Positions 63,403 to 64,000 of a DNA stretch of 64,000 bases are shown piece after piece. How positions within the stretch are numbered: position 1 is the first letter of the stretch; each line of letters opens with the position of its first letter. The position numbers and the translations under genes were made by a program. The notes beneath the pieces are model-generated. The model was not told the DNA's origin and made no database searches. It was given only the letters and a program-made list of their open reading frames with translations. Origin of the DNA: Halanaerobiales bacterium (GTDB lineage: Bacteria > Bacillota > Halanaerobiia > Halanaerobiales > M55B127); contig JAXHLT010000005.1 in NCBI GenBank assembly GCA_034521955.1, positions 71,663 through 135,662 of the forward strand, given 5' to 3'.

Positions 63403-64000
63403 TTAAAACAAATATTGAAATCCTACATTTATACTATACTGTTCTGATTTCAATTCTTGATCTACATTTACTGTTGAACCTTGATTAGCACCGCCATAAT
63501 AATATCTTTCTGTATCACCAGTAGTATTTAAAAGTTTGTAACTTAATCCGCCTGTTAAATACATGTTCTTATTTAAATTATATCTAATATTATCACTTAC
63601 ATATATATAGCTGCCTTGATTAGTTCCTTCTGATTGATAGTTTTGATAATAATTGTTTTCACTATTTTTTGTATAGGCATAAGGAGAATACTTAACTACA
63701 AATTTATTTTTTAAATTTCGAGTTATATTTTTATTAAAAATCATACCAAGATAAACTAAATGATTTTGAAAATCAAGATCGGTTATCTCTCCATTTAAAG
63801 TAGTAGTAGTTGTTGTTGAATAGTCGTAAATACTCCCATCTGTTAAACTATATACAGAATTTTCATATTCATATCCAATTAATATTAAATAAGTTTTTTC
63901 AGGAGTGGAATATTCTAATAGATAGTTTGCTAAAAGGATATCTAGATAAAATGTTTGATAGTTTGTTTCATTAGTAATAGTATTTACTCTGTTATTAATA
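63403..64000 (-). CDS. predicted outer-membrane beta-barrel protein, partial (N-terminus beyond window)
   Basis: The frame stays open from 63403 to the window edge; the ORF track only lists it from the internal Met at 63744. It has N/Y/T/G-rich alternating strands and the C-terminus SINVGFQYLF ending in Phe. Confidence 0.5.
   Translation of the reverse strand, partial: INNRVNTITNETNYQTFYLDILLANYLLEYSTPEKTYLILIGYEYENSVYSLTDGSIYDYSTTTTTTLNGEITDLDFQNHLVYLGMIFNKNITRNLKNKFVVKYSPYAYTKNSENNYYQNYQSEGTNQGSYIYVSDNIRYNLNKNMYLTGGLSYKLLNTTGDTERYYYGGANQGSTVNVDQELKSEQYSINVGFQYLF

Overview
The window is a visibly AT-rich bacterial chromosome segment centred on the replication origin, with Firmicute-type gene order. 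All calls come from reading the sequence and ORF translations; no database search was run. Genes diverge from a bipartite oriC that flanks dnaA. The left arm (minus strand) carries dnaA-dnaN-yaaA-recF-DUF370-gyrB-gyrA, a complete 16S-tRNAIle-tRNAAla-23S-5S rRNA operon, tRNA-Asn and a secreted parvulin chaperone. It ends with a sigma-54/RocR-type regulon holding a RocB-like M20 peptidase, a TRAP transporter, alanine dehydrogenase and the late oxidative-ornithine (Stickland) genes ord-ortA-ortB. The right arm (plus strand) carries rnpA-yidD-yidC-jag-mnmE-mnmG-rsmG-noc-soj-spo0J with two perfect parS sites, then a TrkA-type protein, DUF554 and an M23 peptidase-bactofilin pair. It continues with a glycine-riboswitch-controlled gcvT-H-PA-PB operon, ychF, rpsF-ssb-rpsR, yybS and rplI. 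Bacillus-type synteny breaks after rplI. A TetR-controlled LolCDE-like ABC transporter with a LolA-fold protein and a predicted beta-barrel sits there, followed by an inverted DnaD/DnaB-like gene, a divergent replicative helicase and a coupled micro-ORF. The window ends with purB-purA-purD, a PHP tyrosine phosphatase, thiI with a cysteine desulfurase, a small zinc-ribbon gene and a second, partial beta-barrel ORF. Signal-peptide beta-barrels ending in Phe and a non-lipoprotein SurA/PrsA-like chaperone suggest a diderm Firmicute, possibly Halanaerobiales-like; this is inference only. No CRISPR array, transposase or integrase was seen. The best candidates for something undescribed are the Lol-like envelope cluster, the helicase module and the TRAP/RocB extension of the ornithine regulon. 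Other notable points are a helix-45 intervening sequence in 23S rRNA, a perfect (TAG)6 DnaA-trio array, a perfect Noc-binding palindrome inside gcvT and the absence of rpmH beside rnpA.
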